Assembly (NCBI GenBank): GCA_003162415.1
Contig: PMOL01000004.1
Coordinates: 266,474 to 330,473 of the forward strand
Length of the DNA stretch: 64,000 nucleotides
Reading direction: 5' to 3'
DNA from: Candidatus Dormiibacterota bacterium
GTDB taxonomy: Bacteria > Chloroflexota > Dormibacteria > Aeolococcales > Aeolococcaceae
Positions within the stretch are counted from its first letter, which is position 1, and each line of letters opens with the position of its first letter. Positions 56,680 to 64,000 of the stretch are shown here, piece by piece. Made by a program: the position numbers and the translations under genes. A model generated the notes under the pieces. It saw only the letters and a program-made list of their open reading frames with translations, was not told where the DNA came from and searched no databases.

Positions 56680-57456
56680 ATGGCAACCCCAACCGCGTTC
56701 CCTTGCCCCGACCTCCGCGATGAGGTGGTCGTTGTCACCGGCGGATCCCGTGACATCGGCGCAGCGTCGGCGCGGCGCTTCGCCGAGCTCGGGGCCGCGG
56801 TGGTCGTGTCGGGGCGCGATCGGACCGCGCTCGGTACGGTGGTCGCGTCGATCACCTCCACGGGTGGGCGCGCCGCCGGCATCGCGGCCGACTGCACCAG
56901 TCAGGAGGACGTCGACGCACTGCGTGCCGGCGGCGAGGCCGCGTTCGGCCCTGCGACGGTGCTCCTGGCATTTGCCGGTGGCGATGGGCGCCCCGAACCG
57001 ATGAGCCAACTCGACGCGACCCGGTGGCGTGCGGTGATCGACACCAACCTCACTGCCACGTACATCACCGTTCGCACCTTCGCCCTCGGCATGATCGAGC
57101 GGCGCCGCGGATCCATCGTCACCATGTCCTCGACCGCGGGACGGCAGCCGGGTGGCGCGTCGGTGGCGTACGCCGCCGCCAAGGCCGGAATCGTGATGCT
57201 GACACGGCATCTCGCCGTCGACTTCGCGCCGCACGGTGTGCGCATCAACTGCATCGCTCCGTCAGCGATCGAGACCGAACGTCTCGTCGAGCTCATGCCC
57301 GCGTCCGCACGCGAGCAGCTCGCGCAGGCGTTTCCTCTGCGACGCCTCGGCTCCGTCGACGACGTCGCGAGCACGGCGCTCTTTCTCGCAACGCCCGAGT
57401 CATCGTGGATCACCGGCGTGACCGTCGACCTCACCGGCGGTCGCGTCACGGCGTGA
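56680..57456 (+). CDS. SDR-family oxidoreductase (FabG-like)
   Basis: VVVVTGGSRDIGAA (TGxxxxxG), IVTMSS, YAAAKAG catalytic YxxxK. Start at the internal ATG of ORF 56560..57456. Confidence 0.85.
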   Translation: MATPTAFPCPDLRDEVVVVTGGSRDIGAASARRFAELGAAVVVSGRDRTALGTVVASITSTGGRAAGIAADCTSQEDVDALRAGGEAAFGPATVLLAFAGGDGRPEPMSQLDATRWRAVIDTNLTATYITVRTFALGMIERRRGSIVTMSSTAGRQPGGASVAYAAAKAGIVMLTRHLAVDFAPHGVRINCIAPSAIETERLVELMPASAREQLAQAFPLRRLGSVDDVASTALFLATPESSWITGVTVDLTGGRVTA

Positions 57457-57465
57457 TCTCGCGCT

Positions 57466-58509
57466 CTAGGGTGTGAGCACGACCTTGAGGGCGTCGCGCC
57501 GCTCGAACAGCTGGTAGCCGAGCACCCCGTCCTCGAGCCGCATGCGATGCGAGATGATCGCGTCGGGGTGGACCGCGCCGCTCGACACCATGGCGAGCGA
57601 CTCGTCCCAGCGTCCGATGATGTTCGCGGTGCCGCAGAACTTGAGGTCGATCGCCTTGACGAACGTGGTGTTGAGCGGAAGCTCGAGCTCCTGATCGCTG
57701 TGCACGCCGATGACACTGATCCGCCCGCCTGCGCGCGCAATGTCGATGCAATCGAGGAGCGCCGGCACCCGCCCGACGCACTCCAGGACGGCGTCGGCAC
57801 CGCGGCCGCCGGTTCGATCCTGGACGAAGCTCGCGACGTGCACGGCGTTTGCGTCCACCGGGATCGCGCCGAGGGTTTGCGCCATCTCCAGGCGCTCCGA
57901 CACGGTGTCGACCGCGTAGATCGTCGATGGCTCGAAACCCCGTGATCCGAGGATGGCCATCAGACCCACCGGGCCGCAACCGACGACGGTGACCACGTCG
58001 CCCTTCTCGATGCGCGCCTCGCTCGCGCAGTCGAGCCCGGTCGTGAAGATGTCCCCGACGAAGAGCGCCTGCTCGTCGCTCATGGTGTCCTCGACGGCGT
58101 GGAGCACGAGGTCGGCAGCGGGAACTCGGACGTATTCCGCCTGCGCCCCTGCCACATCGCCGAAGAAGGAGCCGTACCCGAAGACTCGCTGATCTGGGCA
58201 GCGGCTGAAGAGACGACGTTCGCAGTACCAGCACTCGCCGCACGGGATCGTGAACGAGCCGACAACGCGATCTCCCTCGGCAAAACGCCGCACGCCGCCG
58301 TCAACGGCCTCGACGACTCCGACGAACTCGTGCCCGAGGGTCCCGCCCGGACTCATCCCCGGGATGCGGCCGTGGACCACGTGGAGATCGCTGCCGCAGA
58401 TCGCTGTCTTGGTCACCCGTACCAGCGCGTCACCCGGCTCCTCAATGCCGGGTTTCGGCACGTCGACGAGCTCGACCAGGCCGACGTCTTTGAATGCCAG
58501 CGCCCGCAC
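57466..58509 (-). CDS. zinc-dependent alcohol dehydrogenase
   Basis: RALAFKDVG..., VTKTAICGSDLH, GHEFVGVV, CGECWYCERRLFSRC, VVGCGPVG. GTG 58509 lies 7 nt after GGAG. Confidence 0.85.
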   Translation of the reverse strand: MRALAFKDVGLVELVDVPKPGIEEPGDALVRVTKTAICGSDLHVVHGRIPGMSPGGTLGHEFVGVVEAVDGGVRRFAEGDRVVGSFTIPCGECWYCERRLFSRCPDQRVFGYGSFFGDVAGAQAEYVRVPAADLVLHAVEDTMSDEQALFVGDIFTTGLDCASEARIEKGDVVTVVGCGPVGLMAILGSRGFEPSTIYAVDTVSERLEMAQTLGAIPVDANAVHVASFVQDRTGGRGADAVLECVGRVPALLDCIDIARAGGRISVIGVHSDQELELPLNTTFVKAIDLKFCGTANIIGRWDESLAMVSSGAVHPDAIISHRMRLEDGVLGYQLFERRDALKVVLTP

Positions 58510-58534
58510 CGTCAAGCTCCCCGCCGGGTCGTGA

Positions 58535-58828
58535 TCAGTGCGCTTCTTCTTCAGCCGCTCGACGCTGAATGACGCGGTCGCGGAGCTCGTCCTCGAGGTC
58601 GCCCGCGCGTTCGACGTCGCGGCGCAGCCAGAAGGGAATTCGCTCGGGTTCGCCGGCGGCGAGGGCCTTGGCCTGCGCGTCGAGATACGCCCGGAGCGCG
58701 GCGTCGACCGCCGTCGGGAGCTCGGCACCGTTCGCGGTCAGGGGCTGGACGAGGTCGCTGGCCACGACCACGCTGTTCAGCGGCGCAGCCGGTGGCTTCG
58801 ACCCGAAAAGACGCCCGAGCCACGACAT
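58535..58828 (-). CDS. hypothetical protein
   Basis: 97-aa ORF with strong GC3 bias. No domain recognised. Confidence 0.4.
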   Translation of the reverse strand: MSWLGRLFGSKPPAAPLNSVVVASDLVQPLTANGAELPTAVDAALRAYLDAQAKALAAGEPERIPFWLRRDVERAGDLEDELRDRVIQRRAAEEEAH

Positions 58829-58895
58829 GCGCCGAGTGTACGCAGTCGCGAGCTATTGCCTCAGGTCCAACCCGCGGCGCGGTACCGTACACGCC

Positions 58896-59546
58896 GTGGT
58901 CAAGCGTGCGGTGACGACGCTGCAGCTTCAGTGGACGGGCGATCCTGAGGCGGATCGGCTCATCAGCGAGGATCCCACCGCGCTCCTGATCGGCTTCTGC
59001 CTCGATCAGCAGGTGCCCATCGAGTGGGCGTTCCAGGGACCGCTGCGCATGCGGGAGCGGCTGGGTACGATCGACCCGGTCGAGGTCGCGCGCATGGATC
59101 CGGCCAAGGTTGAGCAGGCGTTCCAGACCCCGCCCGCGCTGCATCGCTTCCCGGTGAGCATGGCGCAGCGCGTCTACGCTCTCTGCAAGGTCATTGCCGA
59201 CGAGTACGGCGGGGACACGACCAGGATCTGGACCGAAGCCGAGGACGCAAAGGAACTGCTGCGGCGATTCGCCGCACTGCCCGGCTTCGGCGCCGCCAAG
59301 GCACGGATCATGGTCGGGGTCGTCGCCAAGCACTTGGGAGTCCGGCTGGCTGGATGGGAGAGCATCGCTCCCGACTGGCCGACACTCGCGGACGTCAGGA
59401 CGGTCGCGGAGCGCGAGCACTACCAGGCACAGAAACGTGCCTTCAAGGCGTCGCTTCGAGCCGAAGCGGCAGCGAAGGGAGCACCGCAGAAATCGCCCGT
59501 GTCGAGAAAGGCGCCCGCCAAGTCGGGAGCGCGTGGCCGGCGCTGA
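58896..59546 (+). CDS. HhH-GPD-type base excision repair family protein (start uncertain)
   Basis: LQWTGDPEADRLISEDPTALLIGFCLDQQVPIEWAF...LPGFGAAKARIMVGVVAK helix-hairpin-helix. Lys/Ala-rich basic tail. Confidence 0.55.
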   Translation: MVKRAVTTLQLQWTGDPEADRLISEDPTALLIGFCLDQQVPIEWAFQGPLRMRERLGTIDPVEVARMDPAKVEQAFQTPPALHRFPVSMAQRVYALCKVIADEYGGDTTRIWTEAEDAKELLRRFAALPGFGAAKARIMVGVVAKHLGVRLAGWESIAPDWPTLADVRTVAEREHYQAQKRAFKASLRAEAAAKGAPQKSPVSRKAPAKSGARGRR

Positions 59547-60189
59547 GGTCACCGTCTTCGAGGACGGCGGCGTCCGCATCGTCAAGATCGGTCCGATGGG
59601 GCCGTACGGGAACAACGCGTACGTGGTCCGCGACGTGGCCGCCGGGGTGGCGGCGCTGGTTGACATGCCACTCGATGAGGAGCCGCTGCTCGCGGCAATC
59701 GCTGCCGAGGGCGGCGTGCAGACCGTCATCGCGACGCACTGGCACCCCGATCATTGGATGACCTACGACGCCGTGCGCGCCGCGACGGGCGCTCCGGTCC
59801 TGGTCGGGAGCCGTGAGATCAAGATCCCCGAGGAGCGCATCGACGGCCGGCTCGACGACGGCGCCGAGGTCCCGGTCGGCAGCGTTCGGATCGGCATCAT
59901 CCACACGCCGGGCCACACACCCGGCAGCATCTCGTTGCGCGTCGGCACTGCCGTGATCACCGGTGACACCCTGTTCGGCGGCGGCCCGGGCAAGACCAGC
60001 GCTCGCGGCGACCTGGAAACGATCATCGAGAGCATCACCGCCAAGTTGCTGCCATTACCGGAAGCAACAGTTGTGCTTCCGGGGCATGGCACGACCACGA
60101 CCATCGCCGCCAGCCGCATGGGGGTCGCCGCGTACAACCGCCACCCGAAGACGCAGGGTTTCTACGGTGACGTCGAGTGGGGTGACTGA
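59533..60189 (+). CDS. MBL-fold metallo-hydrolase
   Basis: ATHWHPDHW (HxHxDH), HTPGHTPGS, LPGHG. Confidence 0.8.
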   Translation: MAGAEVTVFEDGGVRIVKIGPMGPYGNNAYVVRDVAAGVAALVDMPLDEEPLLAAIAAEGGVQTVIATHWHPDHWMTYDAVRAATGAPVLVGSREIKIPEERIDGRLDDGAEVPVGSVRIGIIHTPGHTPGSISLRVGTAVITGDTLFGGGPGKTSARGDLETIIESITAKLLPLPEATVVLPGHGTTTTIAASRMGVAAYNRHPKTQGFYGDVEWGD

Positions 60190-61687
60190 AGCGGGCCCCG
60201 AGGACTCGGGCGGCCTTCGTCTCTCAACCGCTCGCGGGAAGTGGGTGCTCACGGCGACGGTCCTCGGGAGTTCGATGGCGCAGCTCGACGCCACTGTCGT
60301 CGGCATCGCGCAGCCGGCCATCGGCAAGGAGTTCCACGCGCAGATCGCCGGCCTGCAATGGGTGTCGGCAGGCTACCTGCTCACCGTGGCGGGTCTGATT
60401 CTGCTCGCGGGCGCGCTCTGCGACCGATATGGTCGGCGGAAGATCTTCGTGATCGGGGTGACGTGGTTCGCGATCGCGTCGCTGATCTGCGCGACCGCAC
60501 CCAACATCGGCCTGCTCATCGCCGCGCGGGGATTGCAGGGCATTGGTGGCGCGCTGCTCACGCCGGGAAGCCTCGCCATCCTCGAGGCGTCGTTCGTTCC
60601 CGGAGAGCGTGGGCGAGTCATCGGCGCATGGTCCGGCCTTGGCGGTGTCGCCACGGCGCTCGGGCCGTTTGTGGGGGGCTTCTTGATCACCGCCGTGTCC
60701 TGGCGGCTGATCTTCCTGATCAATGTGCCGATTGCGGCGGCGGTGATCTACATCTCGATGCGCCATGTTCCCGAGACGCGTGATCCCAACGCGACCGGCG
60801 ACATCGACTTCGCCGGAAGCGCGCTCACCGTGCTGGCGCTGGTGGGCATCTCATACGGCCTCATCCAGGGGTCGAGCGGGCAGTGGACGTCCGCGCCGGT
60901 AATCGGGGCGCTGCTCATCGGAATTGTGTCGCTGGTCGCATTCATCGTCGTCGAGCTGCGAGTTCGGGCGCCGATCGTGCCGCTCGACATCTTCAAATCA
61001 CGCCAGTTCAGCGCGACCAACGGGGTCACCCTGCTCATCTACGGGATGCTCGGCGGGATGTTCTTCCTTCTCCCCATCGAGCTGCAGCAGGTCTCGCACT
61101 ACGGCCCCACCGCGGCAGGGGCGTCGCTGCTGCCGATCACGTTCATGCTGTTCGCGCTCTCGTCGCGATCCGGCGCACTCTCTGCACGAATCGGACCGCG
61201 CCTGCAGATGTCGGCTGGACCACTCGTCGTCGCCGCGGGACTCGCCCTCTTTGCGCGCATCAATGCCGGTGGCAACTACCTCCTCGAGGTGCTGCCCGCC
61301 GTGCTGGTGTTCGGTTTCGGGCTCGCGATAACCGTCGCGCCACTCACCGCAACCGCGATGTCATCGGCGCCTGCGGAACGAAGCGGCCTTGCGTCTGCAG
61401 TCAACAACACGGTTGCGCGCACCGGAAGTCTGCTCGCGGTTGCGCTCCTCCCCGCTGTCGCCGGGATCACGGGAGACAGCTACCTGCACCCCGCAGTGTT
61501 CGAGACTGGTTTTCAGCACGCGGCGTTCATCGCGTCGGTGATCTGCGCCGGGGGGGGCCTCCTCGCCGCCGCCACCATCCGGAATGGCCAGCGCCCGGGT
61601 GCGCAGCGGCGATCGGTGGAGGAACCCTTCCATTGCGCGGTTGACGGGCCGCCGCTGCGAACCGGCACCGAAACCGGAGCCGACTGA
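60182..61687 (+). CDS. MFS transporter, DHA2 (EmrB/QacA, 14-TM) family
   Basis: GSSMAQLDATVVGIAQPAIGKEF, LCDRYGRRKIF, RGLQGIGGALLTPGSLAIL. GTG 60182 overlaps the upstream stop region. Confidence 0.85.
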   Translation: MTEAGPEDSGGLRLSTARGKWVLTATVLGSSMAQLDATVVGIAQPAIGKEFHAQIAGLQWVSAGYLLTVAGLILLAGALCDRYGRRKIFVIGVTWFAIASLICATAPNIGLLIAARGLQGIGGALLTPGSLAILEASFVPGERGRVIGAWSGLGGVATALGPFVGGFLITAVSWRLIFLINVPIAAAVIYISMRHVPETRDPNATGDIDFAGSALTVLALVGISYGLIQGSSGQWTSAPVIGALLIGIVSLVAFIVVELRVRAPIVPLDIFKSRQFSATNGVTLLIYGMLGGMFFLLPIELQQVSHYGPTAAGASLLPITFMLFALSSRSGALSARIGPRLQMSAGPLVVAAGLALFARINAGGNYLLEVLPAVLVFGFGLAITVAPLTATAMSSAPAERSGLASAVNNTVARTGSLLAVALLPAVAGITGDSYLHPAVFETGFQHAAFIASVICAGGGLLAAATIRNGQRPGAQRRSVEEPFHCAVDGPPLRTGTETGAD

Positions 61688-61705
61688 GCCGTGGCCCGAC
61701 GGCGC

Positions 61706-62350
61706 TCAGGGAAGCAGCACGCGAATGAGGGTCGCCGACAGCCATTCTGAGTAGCGCTGTGACGACCAACCGCGCACATCGCGCAGCATCCGGTTGACCT
61801 CCGGGCTCGTAAGCATCCAGGTCGTTGCCGTTGCTTCGTCGGCATCCATATCGTCGCGCAACGGACCGAGCGTCGCGAGCCATTCGGTGAAGGCACCGAT
61901 CTTGCTGAACCGGTTCTCCTGCATGCGGGCGCGCAGCTCTGCGATGTCGGAGTCGACGACCGCGGCGCTACGCAGGACATCGTCGATCGGACGCACCCGT
62001 TCAACGCGCTTGGCGATGTCGGCGGCAAATCCGGCGACCATCTGGCGCTGGTCGGTGACCTGACGGAGCGCGCGCGGGGCGTCCCCCGCGAGAACGTCAG
62101 ACTCTTCAGCACTGCCGGTGACGCGAAGGTCGACGAGGGCGGACAGCACTCCTCGCTTGTTGCCAAAAATGGCATAAACGGTGTCGGCGGCGACGCCCGC
62201 CCTCTCTGCGACCGCATCGATGGTGACCGCGACATACCCGCGCTCGGCAAAGAGCGTGCCCGCGGCCTCGAGGATGCGCAACCGCGTCTGCGCTGCCTGC
62301 TCGGCGCGCAGGCGCGATCGGTACGGACGGCGGCTCTTGACAGATGCCAC
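61706..62350 (-). CDS. TetR/AcrR-family transcriptional regulator
   Basis: N-terminal HTH RILEAAGTLFAERGYVAVTIDAVAERAGVAADTVYAIFGNKRG. Confidence 0.85.
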   Translation of the reverse strand: MASVKSRRPYRSRLRAEQAAQTRLRILEAAGTLFAERGYVAVTIDAVAERAGVAADTVYAIFGNKRGVLSALVDLRVTGSAEESDVLAGDAPRALRQVTDQRQMVAGFAADIAKRVERVRPIDDVLRSAAVVDSDIAELRARMQENRFSKIGAFTEWLATLGPLRDDMDADEATATTWMLTSPEVNRMLRDVRGWSSQRYSEWLSATLIRVLLP

Positions 62351-62356
62351 CTATTT

Positions 62357-62395
62357 ATCCTAGCATCGCTAGATTCATCCTAGTTTGACTAGGAT
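62357..62395. promoter_or_regulatory. two adjacent palindromes, candidate TetR operators
   Basis: ATCCTAG-TTTGA-CTAGGAT (62377-62395, perfect 7-bp arms) and ATCCTAGC-AT-CGCTAGAT (62357-62374, imperfect). Both lie in the AT-rich divergent intergenic region. Confidence 0.5.
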
Positions 62396-62420
62396 CAGAC
62401 TGCGCCCGGAGGAGCCCGCG

Positions 62421-62729
62421 ATGTACGCGTTCACACAGGATCTGCCCATCACCACCGACGTCTACGCGCGGATCATGAAAGGAGTCGGGACCGCGCCTGC
62501 GGCCGGATGCATCCTCCACGCCGTGGTCCGCATCGACGGCGGCCTGCGGTACATCGACGTCTGGGAGTCCAGGGAGGCGTGCGATCTCTTCCTCGAGGAG
62601 CGCGTCCACCCTGTCCTGAAGGCCGCATTCAGCGCCGCCGGGGCAACGCTGCCGCAGGAGCCCGCTCGGAACGAGGTGGAGCTCATCGATTTGATCGTCT
62701 TCCCGCCGACGATGGTCGAGGTCGCCTGA
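62421..62729 (+). CDS. hypothetical small protein divergent from tetR
   Basis: ATG 62421 preceded by GGAGGAG. 102 aa. No firm family call. Confidence 0.45.
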   Translation: MYAFTQDLPITTDVYARIMKGVGTAPAAGCILHAVVRIDGGLRYIDVWESREACDLFLEERVHPVLKAAFSAAGATLPQEPARNEVELIDLIVFPPTMVEVA

Positions 62730-62739
62730 CGCCGTCAAC

Positions 62740-62811
62740 TACCCGCACGGGGAGTCGAACCCCGGTTACCACCTTGAAAGGGTGGTGTCCTAACCGCTAG
62801 ACGATGCGGGC
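62740..62811 (-). tRNA. tRNA-Glu (anticodon TTC)
   Basis: Reverse complement GCCCGCATCGTCTAGCGGTTAGGACACCACCCTTTCAAGGTGGTAACCGGGGTTCGACTCCCCGTGCGGGTA. Anticodon arm CCACC-CTTTCAA-GGTGG. CCA is not encoded. Confidence 0.85.
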
Positions 62812-62890
62812 GCGACCGCCAATCTTAGGTTCGTGCGGGCGGCCCGTCACCGGCCGCGAAGCGAACTCAGCGCGCCGGTATACTCGCGGC

Positions 62891-63349
62891 ATGCCAATCC
62901 GGGAGATTGTCGGCAAGACGGTGGGCTTCGGCCTCGTGGCCGCTGCGCTCATCGTCGGGGGCATCCTCGACCTGCTCGGGGGCCACGTTTACAACGACTA
63001 CCTGAACACGGCGCTCGGCATCATCCTGATCCTGATGGGCCTGGGAACCGGTGGGCTCGGAACCTTCCTCATCGTGGGCATCCTCTACGAGGAGAGGTTG
63101 CGGCGTCAGGACGAAGAGGTGCATGTCACGCCGCGCGGCACACCCCTGGCTCCGCCTCCGCCGTGGGGAATGGCCGATGTCGGCAAGCCCTCGGGAGTGA
63201 TCCGGGTCGGTGATGCGGCCACATCGTCGGGCGGCGGCGGATCACCGCGCGTGATGGCCGTCGTGGTCTCCAACCTCGACGCGCCGATGCTGATCGTCGG
63301 GCTGCTGGCGTGGACCATCCTGGCCCTCGTGCTCTTCGCGCCACACTGA
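62891..63349 (+). CDS. hypothetical membrane protein
   Basis: Internal ATG of ORF 62804..63349, whose upstream part overlaps the tRNA. Three hydrophobic segments. Confidence 0.45.
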   Translation: MPIREIVGKTVGFGLVAAALIVGGILDLLGGHVYNDYLNTALGIILILMGLGTGGLGTFLIVGILYEERLRRQDEEVHVTPRGTPLAPPPPWGMADVGKPSGVIRVGDAATSSGGGGSPRVMAVVVSNLDAPMLIVGLLAWTILALVLFAPH

Positions 63350-63359
63350 GTTTGTCCTA

Positions 63360-64000
63360 GTGGCCGACGCGCGGGTTCGCACCCGTTTCGCGCCTTCACC
63401 AACTGGCGCGCTGCACTTCGGCTCTGTTCGGACGGCCCTCTTCGCGTGGCTCACCGCATGCCATGCCGGCGGCGACTTCATCGTGCGCATCGAGGACACC
63501 GACCAGGAGCGCTACATCCCCGGCACCGAGGCGCTCATCCTAGAGACCCTGAGCTGGCTGGGGCTGACCTGGAACGAAGGCCCCGAGGTCGGGGGTCCAC
63601 ACGACCCGTACATCCAGTCATTGCGCATCGCCATCTACCGGGAGCACGCGGACAGCCTCGTCGCCGACGGCAATGCTTACTGGTGCACGTGCACTCTCGC
63701 CCGGCTGGCGGCGATGCGCGATGCGCAGCGCGCCCGGTCGGAACCCACGCGCTATGACCGGCGCTGCCTCACACGTCAGGCTGAGGTGGCCCAGGAACGC
63801 GCGAACGGCATGGCGGCGGTGGTGCGGCTGCGCATGCCGGACGGGGTCACCGAGTGGGACGACCTCGTCCGCGGCCACGTGAGCTTCAACAACTCGGACA
63901 TCGACGACCAGGTCCTCCTCAAATCCGACGGCTTTCCGACGTACCATCTTGCGGTGGTCGTCGACGATCACCTGATGGAGATCAGTCATGTGATCCGCTC
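63360..64000 (+). CDS. gltX: glutamate--tRNA ligase (5' part; runs off the window)
   Basis: Hand translation from GTG 63360: RTRFAPSPTGALHFGSVRTALFAWL...FIVRIEDTDQERY...PYIQS...LLKSDGFPTYHLAVVVDDHLMEISHVIR. Absent from the ORF track because it is open-ended. Confidence 0.9.
   Translation, partial: MADARVRTRFAPSPTGALHFGSVRTALFAWLTACHAGGDFIVRIEDTDQERYIPGTEALILETLSWLGLTWNEGPEVGGPHDPYIQSLRIAIYREHADSLVADGNAYWCTCTLARLAAMRDAQRARSEPTRYDRRCLTRQAEVAQERANGMAAVVRLRMPDGVTEWDDLVRGHVSFNNSDIDDQVLLKSDGFPTYHLAVVVDDHLMEISHVIR

Overview
High-GC bacterial chromosomal segment: third codon positions are almost all G/C, and long antisense shadow ORFs are everywhere. Gene content looks actinobacterial or Terrabacteria-like. 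It includes an OdhA/Kgd-type fused 2-oxoglutarate dehydrogenase, an ino1-acyltransferase-pimA-PIP synthase cluster, two ECF sigma modules, and a MoxR/DUF58/DUF4350/DUF4129/RDD/SpoIIM neighbourhood. I call about 75 protein-coding genes, mostly housekeeping: pdxST, tmk, ispH, typA, tdh-kbl, lpdA, an acyl-CoA carboxyltransferase, gltX, transporters and regulators. There are four tRNAs: Pro-CGG, Arg-CCT, Tyr-GTA and Glu-TTC. I recognised no rRNA, CRISPR array, transposase, integrase or prophage genes. Two genes open to the window edges are missing from the ORF track and were translated by hand: an HdrD/GlpC-like Fe-S oxidoreductase at 1..2014 and gltX at 63360..64000. The items most worth a second look are these. 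(1) A ~100-nt promoter plus structured, SD-sequestering leader occurs twice, at 40762..40859 and 45134..45245. (2) The operon behind the second copy encodes a T4SS-pilin-like protein, a VirB6/TrbL-like polytopic protein and an M23 peptidase, with no secretion ATPases nearby. (3) A free-standing RNase A-like (CdiA-CT type) toxin has an ATGA-overlapping CdiI-like immunity gene and no delivery domain. (4) The tRNA-Tyr has archaeal/eukaryal-type architecture: short variable arm and C1:G72. (5) An ACC-deaminase-family gene is interrupted by a single in-frame TGA. All functional calls rest on motif recognition from the translated sequences; no database search was run.
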